From Octopus bimaculoides (taxonomy: Eukaryota), in assembly GCF_001194135.2 (NCBI RefSeq), contig NC_069001.1, forward strand, positions 31,201,590 through 31,265,589: a stretch of DNA of 64,000 nt, in the 5' to 3' direction. This document shows positions 10,325-22,919 of the stretch, in pieces (the first letter of the stretch is position 1; every line of letters starts with the position of its first letter). The notes beneath the pieces are model-generated. The model was not told where the DNA came from. It ran no database searches and saw only the letters and a program-made list of their open reading frames with translations. The position numbers were made by a program, and so were the translations under genes.

Positions 10325-10875
10325 GCGATTGTGCGGATGAAAAAATTAGATATATTAAATATAACAGTTTGGGTATGAAATACAAAATATGCATATATAT
10401 GTATGCATACAAAACGAGATACTAATATAAATATCTATATATTTATGCTTAAATATCCATCGTCTGCAAGTCTCCACTTTTTTGCTTTCTCTCGTTTTGC
10501 ATGTATACATATATACATATTTTGTATTTCATACCTTTAATATATCCAATTTATTTATTTGCATAATTGCCGCTATGTCCGCTCAACCTGATCCCTCATA
10601 TAGCCGTTCTTTACCCTGTGGAATCGATCCCCTGTAAAGACATTCTAGTCTAAGTTTGGATCTTTTGAAGACTATTAAGTGTCTTCTATATTGAGAATCT
10701 CTGGATCTCGTGTGGACTATATACACACACACACACATATATATATCTATATATNNNNNNNNNNNNNNNNNNNNNNNNNNNNNNNNNNNNNNNNNNNNNN
10801 NNNNNNNNNNNNNNNNNNNNNNNNNNNNNNNNNNNNNNNNNNNNNNNNNNNNNNNNNNNNNNNNNNNNNNNNNNN

Positions 10876-10910
<35 letters not shown>

Positions 10911-11522
10911 GGTGACTGCTTCATCTTCACCGATGGTTGTCGTTTCCCTGTGCTTCCTCGTTGTCAATAGAATTTCTGACTTTCCGTCCATGACTTTTCT
11001 GATAACTATTCAGTTCCATTACAGATCTCTGTTGTTTTAAGCAAAGGTCGCAGACGAGAATTCTAACTTCTGATCCAAATGATTAGGTCTGCCCGTGTCA
11101 CCGTTTCTCCATTGCCATATGACTTTCAGTAAATTAAATGACAAATGTGGACAATGGATTATAGTGATAAACATACACAACACGACTATCACTCTTTGAG
11201 TGTCCATGATTAGTACCTAATGACAGGTCGAAGAGAGATGACCAGTAACCACGTGAAACTGCAAGATTTACATCAAAGTGTCTCACTCTTAAAAGGATAC
11301 TGTGAAAATAGCTAGGGGTCTCTCACTCCCAGTAAATTCAATGCGCGCCTTCAACCCACTCAGATGGATTGTCATCACATATGCTTCTTAACTCATAGCT
11401 GGGTCCCTGATTGTTGCAAAGATTACCTGGGAACAATAGTTGCTAAGGTGTGGTTCCACATTACTCAAAACCAAGTAACTCCGGAATGAGAGCCCCATAA
11501 CCAGATGCAGTTTAAAATTATA

Positions 11523-12159
11523 CATTGGATGGCCACAAAGTCACGCACCATGGGAGATATCAAGTGTGTTTTATTAACAACGAAGTAGGTAATCCATTAC
11601 ACATGTTCAAAGTGTTGGCCATGTAGCTCTAAACAAGTGTTCATACGGAATTTGAGATTGCGATGAACCTTCTCAAATAGTTCTTCATTGCCGTCGACTT
11701 GTTGGCATTCTTCAACAATTCTTTGTAGAAGTCCTTGGTCACGAATTTTTCCAGAATACACAAGGGATTTAATGTAGCCCCAGAAGAAAAAGTCCATGTG
11801 GGTTAAATCTGGCATACGTGGTACCCATTCAATCGGCCCGTGTAATGCATAATGGGGCCTGAACGTGTAATGCATAATGTGGCAGATCTCCATCCTGCTG
11901 AAACCAGACGAGATTTCCCCTTCCAGGTGAATGCTCTTGAGGCATGTCCAGATACGATGTCCTCAAAATAAAATGGTCCAGTTAATTGTTTGTGCCAAAT
12001 CCCACACCACACGAATACCTTGCCCCGCCTTGTCGATTATCTGCCTCCATCCAATGAGGATTGATTTGTGAGTAATATCGGCAGTTGTGAAAAGAGATAA
12101 AAGAGAATGTTAGCAATTTTATATATCGCAGGATGGTGCGTCACTTTATGGCCACCCTG
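11523..12159 (-). mobile_element. Internally deleted Tc1/mariner-superfamily DNA transposon with both TIRs
   Basis: Imperfect ~28-bp TIRs (CAGGGTGGCCATAAAGTGACGCACCAT) flanked by TA. Transposase remnants: WCGIWHKQLTGPFYFE and WVPRMPDLTHMDFFFWGYIKSLVY...GQHFEH. Confidence 0.9.
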
Positions 12160-12779
12160 TACATATACGCAAATATATATGTATAAATGTGTGAGCATGT
12201 GTGTAAGTGTAAGTGTGTGTGTGTGTGTTTAAAAGTCTATTTTTCTAGCGCAGTGTTTTACTACTTGCGGCAGAAGCAAATAATTTACCATAACCAAATA
12301 TATTAGTTTTTGTTTTAATATTTCATTTTATATAAAATAAATGAATAAATAATGGATGATATATGTGAAAGAATATCAAATTATCTATAAACAGTCACAT
12401 CAAAATAATAAATAATTTCTTAAACACTTACCAACGGTCTACCAAATCTTATGAGCTTTCTTCAGGTGATCAGTTAGAGATTTTAAAAATATGTTTAGAA
12501 TATAAGAATAGTGTAACTGGGCGACACTTCACTATGAACAAATGTAACCTCATAATGAGAAGGCGGCCTAAGTATAAATGTGAAATTATGCCTATGTATC
12601 AAGAAAGCAAACAGAGGATGGAGAAGACACGTTTCCCCCATTGTAGAGGATGATGCACGGGACATTATAAACGACACAAAATGGACGCCTTTAGCTACTG
12701 AACTATTATTATTATTATTATTATTAATATTATTATATATATATAGTGCACAGATAGATAGATAGATAGATAGATAGAT

Positions 12780-12823
<44 letters not shown>

Positions 12824-12824
12824 C

Positions 12825-13630
12825 AGTTCAGTAGGAAGCTCTGAATTCCACCATCCTTACACTTGCTAAACAAGTCATAAGTCGGCATTAGAGACTTTGT
12901 CTTTTGGTGAACAAACGCAGATTGTCCTCAGACAGTCTGTGTGGAAGATGTCTAGCTGGTTAATGTGTCGTCTTTACGATATCCACGATTCTGAGCCATA
13001 CAAGAGAGTAGTAAGAATGGCTGCTTTATAGACCTGTACTTTGGTACCAAGTTTGATGCCTCTTTCATTCCCTTGGCGATGACAGAGCTTGCCAAATGCG
13101 TTAGTTGCCTTTGGAAGATGGTTGACGATTTACTCATCAAGGGTAGCGCTCAAATTTACTTTACTAGCAAGATATGTAAATGACTTCAGATAATTTAGGC
13201 TTTTCCCATCAACCTGTATAGGAGTGTCAGGAAAATTGTAGACTGGTGGCCTATGCTTGACACCTCGAATTTGTTTAGTAGTAGGGCAAGGTTCGTGGAT
13301 TACTTCTCTCTTTATGCTGATGGTCAAACCAAAGGCTTTACATGCAGTAGAAAACTGGTCTAGAAGTTTCTGAGCTTCCTTTAACGAGGTCGCTACTTCT
13401 GCAGCATCATCTGCAAAAAGTAGATCACGAATGATGCTGGTGCATAGCAATGTTCTGGCTTTGAAACGCTGATGATTGAATAGTCGACCACTTATTTGAA
13501 ACTGGCATTTGACACCACTTTGTATGTCGCCAAAAGCATACCTCAGCATCACTGAAATGAAAAATGCAAACAAAACAGGGGCCATAACACAACCTTGCTT
13601 TGTGCCATTTTCAACGTCAAAGGAAGTCGA
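12825..13630 (-). mobile_element. RTE-clade (BovB-like) LINE reverse transcriptase fragment, frameshifted
   Basis: KQGCVMAPVLF, DLLFADDA and AFGLTISIK, plus downstream KVQVYKAAILTTLLYGSESW-like residues in another frame. Confidence 0.9.
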
Positions 13631-13910
13631 ATAATGTTTGCCTCTAAAACCCTCTTTCATGGGGCCGAAGAGATGATAGTCTAGTGACGAGGAAGTGAAA
13701 ACTGTAGTGAAGACGTGACTCAGAGAACAGTCAACAGAATTTTATGGGGCAGGGATACATGCTCTCATTCGAAGGAAGAACATTGCTATTGAGAAGTAGG
13801 GATGTTATCCACTGAGGACCAGGTTCATTTTGATGTATGATACATGTTCCTGTGTTGGTAATTATACCTGTCCTAAACAAAATAGCATTACTTTTTGACT
13901 CAACCCCGTA
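13631..13910 (+). mobile_element. Mariner 3' fragment with TIR; its first ~52 bp are inverted
   Basis: Plus strand gives SDEEVKTVVKT*LREQSTEFYGAGIHALIRR and terminal GCATTACTTTTTGACTCAACCCCGTA. The preceding motif DYHLFGPMKEGFRGKHY is on the minus strand at 13631-13681. Confidence 0.8.
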
Positions 13911-13940
13911 TGTGTATATATATATACATAAGATAATAAG

Positions 13941-13978
<38 letters not shown>

Positions 13979-14453
13979 NNNNNNNNNNNNNNNNNNNNNN
14001 NNNNNNNNNNNNNNNNNNNNNNNNNNNNNNNNNNNNNNNNNNNNNNNNNNNNNNNNNNNNNNNNNNNNNNNNNNNNNNNNNNNNNNNNNNNNNNNNNNNN
14101 NNNNNNNNNNNNNNNNNNNNNNNNNNNNNNNNNNNNNNNNNNNNNNNNNNNNNNNNNNNNNNNNNNNNNNNNNNNNNNNNNNNNNNNNNNNNNNNNNNNN
14201 NNNNNNNNNNNNNNNNNNNNNNNNNNNNNNNNNNNNNNNNNNNNNNNNNNNNNNNNNNNNNNNNNNNNNNNNNNNNNNNNNNNNNNNNNNNNNNNNNNNN
14301 NNNNNNNNNNNNNNNNNNNNNNNNNNNNNNNNNNNNNNNNNNNNNNNNNNNNNNNNNNNNNNNNNNNNNNNNNNNNNNNNNNNNNNNNNNNNNNNNNNNN
14401 NNNNNNNNNNNNNNNNNNNNNNNNNNNNNNNNNNNNNNNNNNNNNNNNNNNNN

Positions 14454-14500
<47 letters not shown>

Positions 14501-14519
14501 TGTGTGTGTAAAAGTTTAT

Positions 14520-15149
14520 TTTTCATGCGCAGTGTTCCATTATTTCTATTCATATTATCTTATTCTTATTCCCTCATTCTATTCTTATTCTCTCATTCTA
14601 TTTTTATACTTATTCTTATTCTCTTATTCTTATTCATATTCTCTTATACCTAATCATATTCTTTTATCTTTCCCTTTCTCTCGCTTCTTCTTTTCCGCTC
14701 ACTCTCTCTTCTTTTATTCTTTTGTCTCTCATTCTCTAACTTTATACCAACCTATCTTTCTCTTAATCGATACATTTCATGTATTTATCTTTTTATCTAT
14801 TTCGATACATCATCTATTAATTTCTGTCTCCCACTCAGCTATTATTTCTATCTATTCGTTTCTCTTACTTATATCTATCTATTTATCTTATTTCGTAGGC
14901 TCTCTCTCCTCCGCTCATTCAGTCTCTTCCTTAGCTTTCATCACATCTCTCTCTGTCTATTTCTTTCTCTTTCTCTAAAATTCTTTAATTCTCCTTTCTG
15001 TTCTTTATCATCTTTCTCTCTCTTTCCCTCTCTTTCACTATCTATCTATCTATCTATCTGTACCCCTCACCTTCTTATTCCTTCACTCAACGATTTCTCC
15101 CTCATCTTATTCTCTCGCTTTCATATTCTTACTTTACTCTCCTCCTTAA

Positions 15150-15200
<51 letters not shown>

Positions 15201-15345
15201 TATATATATATATAATATGCTTTCTGTGTCTCCCCTATCTCACTTTCTCCTTCAGACAGCTTTCTCTCTCCTTCTCTCCCTCTTTCTCTCTACTATCTTT
15301 CTTCGTCTCTCTGCCATCTCTCTCTACAAGCTCTTTCTTTGCTTT

Positions 15346-15381
<36 letters not shown>

Positions 15382-15650
15382 CCTATCTGCTTGTCTATCT
15401 GTCTATCCATCTCCCTAGCTACCTACCTACCAACCTACCTACCTGCCAATCTATCTACCTAGTTATCTCTCTGTCGGTTTGTTTGTGTGTCTCTCTTTTT
15501 CTCTCTCTCTCTATCTCACTTTCTATATGCTTACCTATCTACCGATCTATCCATTTATCTATCTATCTATCCATTTATCTATCTATCTGTCTATCTCTCA
15601 CTTACATATCCTTATGCCTTCCCACCACAACCATCAAATAACTTCACAGT
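14520..15650. repeat. Pyrimidine-rich low-complexity tract with (CT)n, (TCTA)n and (CCTA)n
   Basis: Visible simple repeats. Confidence 0.9.
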
Positions 15651-15954
15651 TTCTGTCAGTAAAACAACAACAGCAACATCCACCACCACCAATACCACCA
15701 CCACCACCATACCGTATCTGCAATTAAGATGTCAGTCGATTGATTTTTTCATTATAGAGAGACGCGAGTGGTTTGTTGTGCGTTAGTTTCGAGCCACAGC
15801 AACTAACCTGACATTAGTCTTATCTTCAATTACGCTCACCTTTACTCATGTGACCCATCACACCTCAACTGATTATACGCTACAGGTGAACATGAAATTT
15901 TTACCTCATTTACAACTTTAAAACCGCAGCCATATTATTCCGAATTTCCCTCTG

Positions 15955-16310
15955 CTCCTTCTTCTTCTTCTCCTCTTCCTCATCATTCTTTTTCCTTTTT
16001 CTTTTCTTCTTCTTCTCATCATTCTTTTTTCTTTTTCTTCTACTTCTAATCATTCTTTTTTTTCTTTTCTTTTTTTCTTCTTTTAAATATTTCTTCTCTT
16101 TTCTTTTCTTCTTCTTCTTCTTCTAATCATTCTTCTTTTTTCTACTTTTTCTTCTTCTCATCATCATCATCATCACCAGCAGCAGATGTCTTCTTCCCTT
16201 CATTCTCATCCTTGTCATCTCTTTCTTCGACTCCCCTTCTTTACTACTACTACTATTACTACTAATAATAATAATAACAATAAAAATAATAATAATAACC
16301 ATAATAACAA
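15955..16310. repeat. Compound (TTC)/(CAT)/(TAC)/(AAT) microsatellite
   Basis: Visible simple repeats. Confidence 0.9.
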
Positions 16311-16536
16311 TAGTATCTACTGATAGAAAAACCAGTGTCTTGGTCCCTCGGATAACGAGATATGGCAGCTAGGTTTCTCACCCTACTGTCTTAGATCAGG
16401 GAAGACTGCAAGTTCAATAATAGGGTCCTAGATACATTGTGTGCGTGCGTTACGTATCCTTAAATTACAATTTGAAGAATTCAGAAAACAAAGATGAAAA
16501 ATAAGAATAACTCGACAGGGTTTATTGGAAAACATA

Positions 16537-16697
16537 GGCGCATGCGTGGTTGTGTGGTATGAAGATTGCTTTCCAATCACATAGTTTGGGTTCAGTCCCA
16601 CTGTGTGGCACTTTGGGCAAGTCTCTTCTACTATAGCCTCAGGCCAACCAAAGCCTTCTGAGTGAATTTGGTAGACGGAAACTGGAAGAAGCGCGTA

Positions 16698-16700
<3 letters not shown>
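16537..16700 (+). mobile_element. SINE family A 5' arm ending in (TA)n
   Basis: GGCGCATGCGTGGTTGTGTGG...GGGTTCAGTCCCACTGTGTGGCAC. Confidence 0.8.
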
Positions 16701-16737
<37 letters not shown>

Positions 16738-17102
16738 GTATTTAATTTAAGATGGAGACGAACATATATATATGTATACACACACATACATACGTAGAGA
16801 TACATAAGCATAAAGATAGACATATATATGTACATATATATATATATATATAAATATATTGGAAGGTTTGGAGGTGATGTACAGAAATTATATTATAGAA
16901 AAAAATTAAGGTACTCAGAAATCTGGATGTTTGTACATATACAGATTTTTATTAATGTCACATGTTTTATAAATTAAATAAAGCGCTTTTCACCTAAAAA
17001 AAACGGCAAGAAACCCAGACAGTGGGACACTCCTGTACCACCTAAATATATACATGTGTGTAGCATGGTTACACATACATGTGTGTGTGTGTGTGTGTGT
17101 GT

Positions 17103-17136
<34 letters not shown>

Positions 17137-17676
17137 CAACAGTCATTGTACCACAAAGTGTAACGACCAGCTGCGATCCTGTAAGTAGCTTTTTTGTAGT
17201 TGCTTGACTTGACAGAATTAACAGCCAGATCACATACAAATTACCACTACCCCATCGTCTTAAAAACAGAATTAAAATAGAACACGATGGGTAGCGTAAT
17301 TCTCGATAAACTACGCCGGCTATATAAGAAAGTATGGCTACGATTCCAAAATCTTTGATGACAAATTCTTCTCAATCCAGACTGATAGGACGTTATCCAC
17401 CAACAAGTAAAAGATGGGAGTAGAACCAGCGCCATCTATCTACGTATAAATGTACAATATGAATGCCCTTGATGACACGACTCTCGAACTTACATTATTT
17501 ATGAGTATTTACTTTGTAGTTTTATAATTCTTATTTGTTACTTTTTAATTTATTTATTTCATTTCATTGTTTATTTTGTCTTGTGACCATTGTAATTATC
17601 ATTATATTAGCGGATAGTGGTGCAAGAAAATTTCAGCATGGCAATCATAAATATTGTAGGCTTGAGACGTTAAGAC

Positions 17677-17733
<57 letters not shown>

Positions 17734-17889
17734 TTCGTGTGCTTGTAAGTACGTATATCTGTAGATATACACATACAAACATATACACATGTGTGTGTAT
17801 TATATATATATATATTTATATATATATGCTCTGCTCATATGTGTGTGTGTATATACGTGTATATACATACGTATATACATACGTATATA

Positions 17890-17965
<76 letters not shown>

Positions 17966-18007
17966 CATGTATGTATACAACCATGAATACACATATATCT
18001 ATGTGTA

Positions 18008-18049
<42 letters not shown>

Positions 18050-19291
18050 ATGATATATTTTAATTAATTAATTAAAAGCCGTCTGTCCCATTCAAGATAA
18101 GAAAGTTTCTTTGAAATTACCTTATCTCGAATGAAAAACAGACAGTTTTCTGGTAGACTCGACTCCATTAAATAAATATTACAAACTCTGCCTCTCTTAC
18201 AACGCGGAGCTTTTCTTTGTACGTGGTTAATTTCATCATTATTAAAACGATCATCGTATGTGTGAATGTGTGTGTGTTTCTCTGTATGAGAGTCCCTGCG
18301 TATGAAGAGAGATAGATAGATAGATAGATAGACATATATACACGTATATGTACATATGCACGTATATTTCTATATGCATACATGTATATACATGTGTGAG
18401 TGTGTGTATACAAGTACATATATCTATGTGTGTATAGATAGATAGATCGTGATCGTTCCGCACGACGATGTCATGGAAGGAATACATTTCGATTCTTCTA
18501 TAGATTTCAGGACATCTGAAGGCAAATCGTTTTAATATTAAAATTTCATTCTGTCCTTGTGGTTTATGTCTTGTTCTCCGTCAACTGTATATTGTTTACT
18601 TAACGGAAGCCGTCCAAAGCACAAATAAACAAATTAAGCTACCCAAGACGATTAAGGCTCATCGTTGCATGCTTATGTATATATGTNNNNNNNNNNNNNN
18701 NNNNNNNNNNNNNNNNNNNNNNNNNNNNNNNNNNNNNNNNNNNNNNNNNNNNNNNNNNNNNNNNNNNNNNNNNNNNNNNNNNNNNNNNNNNNNNNNNNNN
18801 NNNNNNNNNNNNNNNNNNNNNNNNNNNNNNNNNNNNNNNNNNNNNNNNNNNNNNNNNNNNNNNNNNNNNNNNNNNNNNNNNNNNNNNNNNNNNNNNNNNN
18901 NNNNNNNNNNNNNNNNNNNNNNNNNNNNNNNNNNNNNNNNNNNNNNNNNNNNNNNNNNNNNNNNNNNNNNNNNNNNNNNNNNNNNNNNNNNNNNNNNNNN
19001 NNNNNNNNNNNNNNNNNNNNNNNNNNNNNNNNNNNNNNNNNNNNNNNNNNNNNNNNNNNNNNNNNNNNNNNNNNNNNNNNNNNNNNNNNNNNNNNNNNNN
19101 NNNNNNNNNNNNNNNNNNNNNNNNNNNNNNNNNNNNNNNNNNNNNNNNNNNNNNNNNNNNNNNNNNNNNNNNNNNNNNNNNNNNNNNNNNNNNNNNNNNN
19201 NNNNNNNNNNNNNNNNNNNNNNNNNNNNNNNNNNNNNNNNNNNNNNNNNNNNNNNNNNNNNNNNNNNNNNNNNNNNNNNNNNNNNNNNNNN

Positions 19292-19326
<35 letters not shown>

Positions 19327-19456
19327 ATATCTATAAATGTCTATCTATATTTATGTGTATTTGTATATATATATATATATATTTATATATGTCTATGAAT
19401 GTCAATATATGTCCATATATATATGTGTGCGTGTGTGTGTGTATTTGTATGTATTA

Positions 19457-19816
19457 GGCATTTATACTATAATGGGGTGACCGGTTAATGGGTTACCCTA
19501 GGTTTCTTGCCAATAAGGGGTTTAGCTTTAAGGTGTGTCGTCAGACATCAAACCTGTTGGCCTAAGACCCCCTTCAAAAACATAGAGGGGGAAAGTGGTC
19601 CTAGGCCAAAAGGTTTGGTGCCTGACGATACGCCGTAAGGCCAAAATCCTTATGAACGAGAAACCCAGGGTAACCCCATAAACCGGCCACCCCATAAACC
19701 GACCACCCCATAAACCGACCACCCCATAAACCGGCCACCCCATAATAATATTAACTGCTGTATATCTTAGAGAGTGCTTCTTCTCCGGATTTTGTTTTTC
19801 TACAAACGATCGAACT
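19457..19816. mobile_element. Fold-back (MITE-like) element, copy 1, with one-sided tail
   Basis: Imperfect ~115-bp inverted arms (19457-19573 versus 19586 onward) around a ~12-nt spacer. Four 16-bp repeats CCCCATAAACCG(G/A)CCA at 19674-19737. Tail is similar to 33743-33800. Confidence 0.7.
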
Positions 19817-20156
19817 ATATATATATATATATATTGTGATTTCGATTTAACTAAGCCGTAGGAAGTCAATATGTACCGAGGTCAGTGTGTGTGGGTGATC
19901 TATGGTTACTGTGTTGTTTAATAAAATGTATACGTTTTATTAATTTTGTTTTAAGAGTCAGCGGGTGACGCGAATCGTAAAGCCAATTATGCTGATTCTT
20001 GATCTCGGAACAATACGTCACGTAAAACAGTCGATTTGCACTGGTGTCTGTCGGCACAGTGCACTTCTAACACATGTACGTTCGTCTGTGTCTACGCACA
20101 TACATATATTCATATATATGCACACATACATACAAACACACATATATATATGTATA

Positions 20157-20206
<50 letters not shown>

Positions 20207-20758
20207 NNNNNNNNNNNNNNNNNNNNNNNNNNNNNNNNNNNNNNNNNNNNNNNNNNNNNNNNNNNNNNNNNNNNNNNNNNNNNNNNNNNNNNNNNNNNNN
20301 NNNNNNNNNNNNNNNNNNNNNNNNNNNNNNNNNNNNNNNNNNNNNNNNNNNNNNNNNNNNNNNNNNNNNNNNNNNNNNNNNNNNNNNNNNNNNNNNNNNN
20401 NNNNNNNNNNNNNNNNNNNNNNNNNNNNNNNNNNNNNNNNNNNNNNNNNNNNNNNNNNNNNNNNNNNNNNNNNNNNNNNNNNNNNNNNNNNNNNNNNNNN
20501 NNNNNNNNNNNNNNNNNNNNNNNNNNNNNNNNNNNNNNNNNNNNNNNNNNNNNNNNNNNNNNNNNNNNNNNNNNNNNNNNNNNNNNNNNNNNNNNNNNNN
20601 NNNNNNNNNNNNNNNNNNNNNNNNNNNNNNNNNNNNNNNNNNNNNNNNNNNNNNNNNNNNNNNNNNNNNNNNNNNNNNNNNNNNNNNNNNNNNNNNNNNN
20701 NNNNNNNNNNNNNNNNNNNNNNNNNNNNNNNNNNNNNNNNNNNNNNNNNNNNNNNNNC

Positions 20759-20857
20759 TGTGAAGTGCTCAACCGATTGCACATTAATTTCACGAGTAGG
20801 CTAATCAGTTGATCGGATTGAGTGGAACCCTCGTCATCGAACCCGATGGAGTACCAG
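20759..20857 (+). mobile_element. SINE family C 3' fragment
   Basis: TTAATTTCACGAGTAGGCT...GTTGATCGGAT...GGAACCCTCGTC matches 25086-25408. Confidence 0.7.
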
Positions 20858-21944
20858 TTAGTTATATATATCTTGAGGTATGCATCATGGTATATTTGTG
20901 TGTGAGAGAGAAAGAGAGGGGGACAGTTTAAGAATCGGTATAATATCCAGTGCAATCGTTCTGAAATGCTTGAGACCCAGTGAATCAAAGCATCTCATTC
21001 AGTTTTAATACACAGAAGACAACATTGTATTTTATATCAAGGAAAATATTAAGGCTACCTAAAAGTTATATCGCATTCCATGTAATGCGATAAAATAAGC
21101 ATAAAACATATATAAAATATATTTATTCACTCAAAATATAAACATCATTGTTAGCAATAACACTTTCCCATCTAGAAACCAGTTGTCTAGCTTTTTTTTT
21201 TTTTTCGTTTTTGAATATATAAATTATTACTTATCGAGTTCTGTAAATGATAATTGAGTTTAACAAAATGATAACAAGTCTTTTTAAAAATGTTTTATAA
21301 ATCATATTTGTGTTTAACGAAATCATGGATAACTAGTTTTATAAATCAAATTTTTGTGTTTAACAAAATTATAAGAATTTTATAAAATTATTGTGTTTAA
21401 CTGCATTATGGATGGCATGTTTTCTAAACTGCTTTATAAAATAACATGTTTTTGAAAACACTTAAGCATTAAAATGTATTTTCTGAAGTCTTAAATTTTA
21501 TTCTTTAATCTGCGGTACCTCAATATTCAGCGATTCGCAATGTGTCGTGGTCCCCTAATGTGCCACGGTGCCCTAATGTGCCTCGGTAGACTGTATGGGA
21601 CCTACTCTCCCTCTACCGGCGAAGAGGGAGAGTGACTCATAAGGTTGAAGTTTTTGTTGTATAGAAAAGGGTTTCGCTACGCCTCAGTGGGAGGCGGTGG
21701 AAAAGTTTATATGGGCACTGACCCACACACAGACACATGCAAACACACATAACCTCAACACACACACAGACACCTGAAAAACATAAAATACATGTAGAAA
21801 CACACAAACCCACAATAACAAACACCCATGTTTTAGACACATTCACACACATACATACATACACTCACACACAAACATACTCATGACACAAACGCACGTA
21901 CGCATGCGTAAAAACCGACATACAAGACATAGATCTTTACATCT

Positions 21945-22368
21945 TTATTTTTTACTTGTTTCTGTCATTGGACAGTGACCAAGCTGGAGCACCGCTTTGA
22001 AAGGCTTAGTCGAACATTTCGACTCCCTTGAAATAGAGGTAGTACTCATTTCTGCCTCCTGAGTGGACTGGAGCAACGTGAAATAGTGCGTTGCTCACGG
22101 ACACAACATGCCGCTGGGAATCGAACTCGCGACCGAATACTCTGACCACTAAGCCATGTGCCTTCATAGATAGATAGATAGACAGACAGATAGACATGTA
22201 TACGACGAACTTCTTGCAGTTTCTGTCTACCAAATCCACTCATAAGGCTTTGGTTGGTTCGAGACTATAGAAGAAGACACTTGACCAAGGAGGCACACAG
22301 TGAGACTGAACCCAAAAACCATGTGGCTTGAAAGCAAACTTCTTACCACACAGCCAAGCTTGCGCCTA
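21945..22368 (-). mobile_element. SINE family A whose middle is replaced by a SINE family C 5' fragment (22037-22164)
   Basis: A tail at 21945-22030, C head and CORE-like segment at 22037-22164, (GATA)n, then A head at 22200-22368. Confidence 0.75.
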
Positions 22369-22919
22369 TAATGAAATTCATATATAATATAGAATACACA
22401 AAAACGTACATCTGACAAGCAAACCCCCCCACACACACACACACACACACACGATAACACTAACAGAAACATAAAACCCAAACACATACATACACAAACA
22501 CTCAGACACACACTCAACACCAACACACACACATCTAACAACACCAACATACAAAACACACACACATACACACAATGCAAACGTACAAAACACACACCTA
22601 CATATTATAGCTCAAATACACGTACAAACTCCCACAGACACTATACAAATCTCTGTTTTAACTCACTTCCGCCAGCCATTTTTATTGTTCTTTTCCTTCC
22701 ATGTTGTTTTTTTCCTTTTTTTTTTTCCACATTCCACACACACACGTACACATACTCATACACACGTACACATACTCATACACACGCACACACTCGCGCA
22801 CACAGAGGCAGGGTAATATTTTCTCTCTTCCCACCACGACCACCACCACCGCACAATTTTGCTTCAAGCATAATTTTCATTTCCGTTTCATTATAATTTC
22901 TCTGTATTCACTTTAGGAG

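Noticed and set aside
13130-13660. Intact functional reverse transcriptase gene
   Set aside because: Only the central RT motifs are present; the N-terminus is mariner-derived and the C-terminus is frameshifted.
19674-19737. CRISPR-like array (also considered for 29639-29694 and 61505-61601)
   Set aside because: Repeats are contiguous with no unique spacers, there are no cas genes, and the context is eukaryotic.
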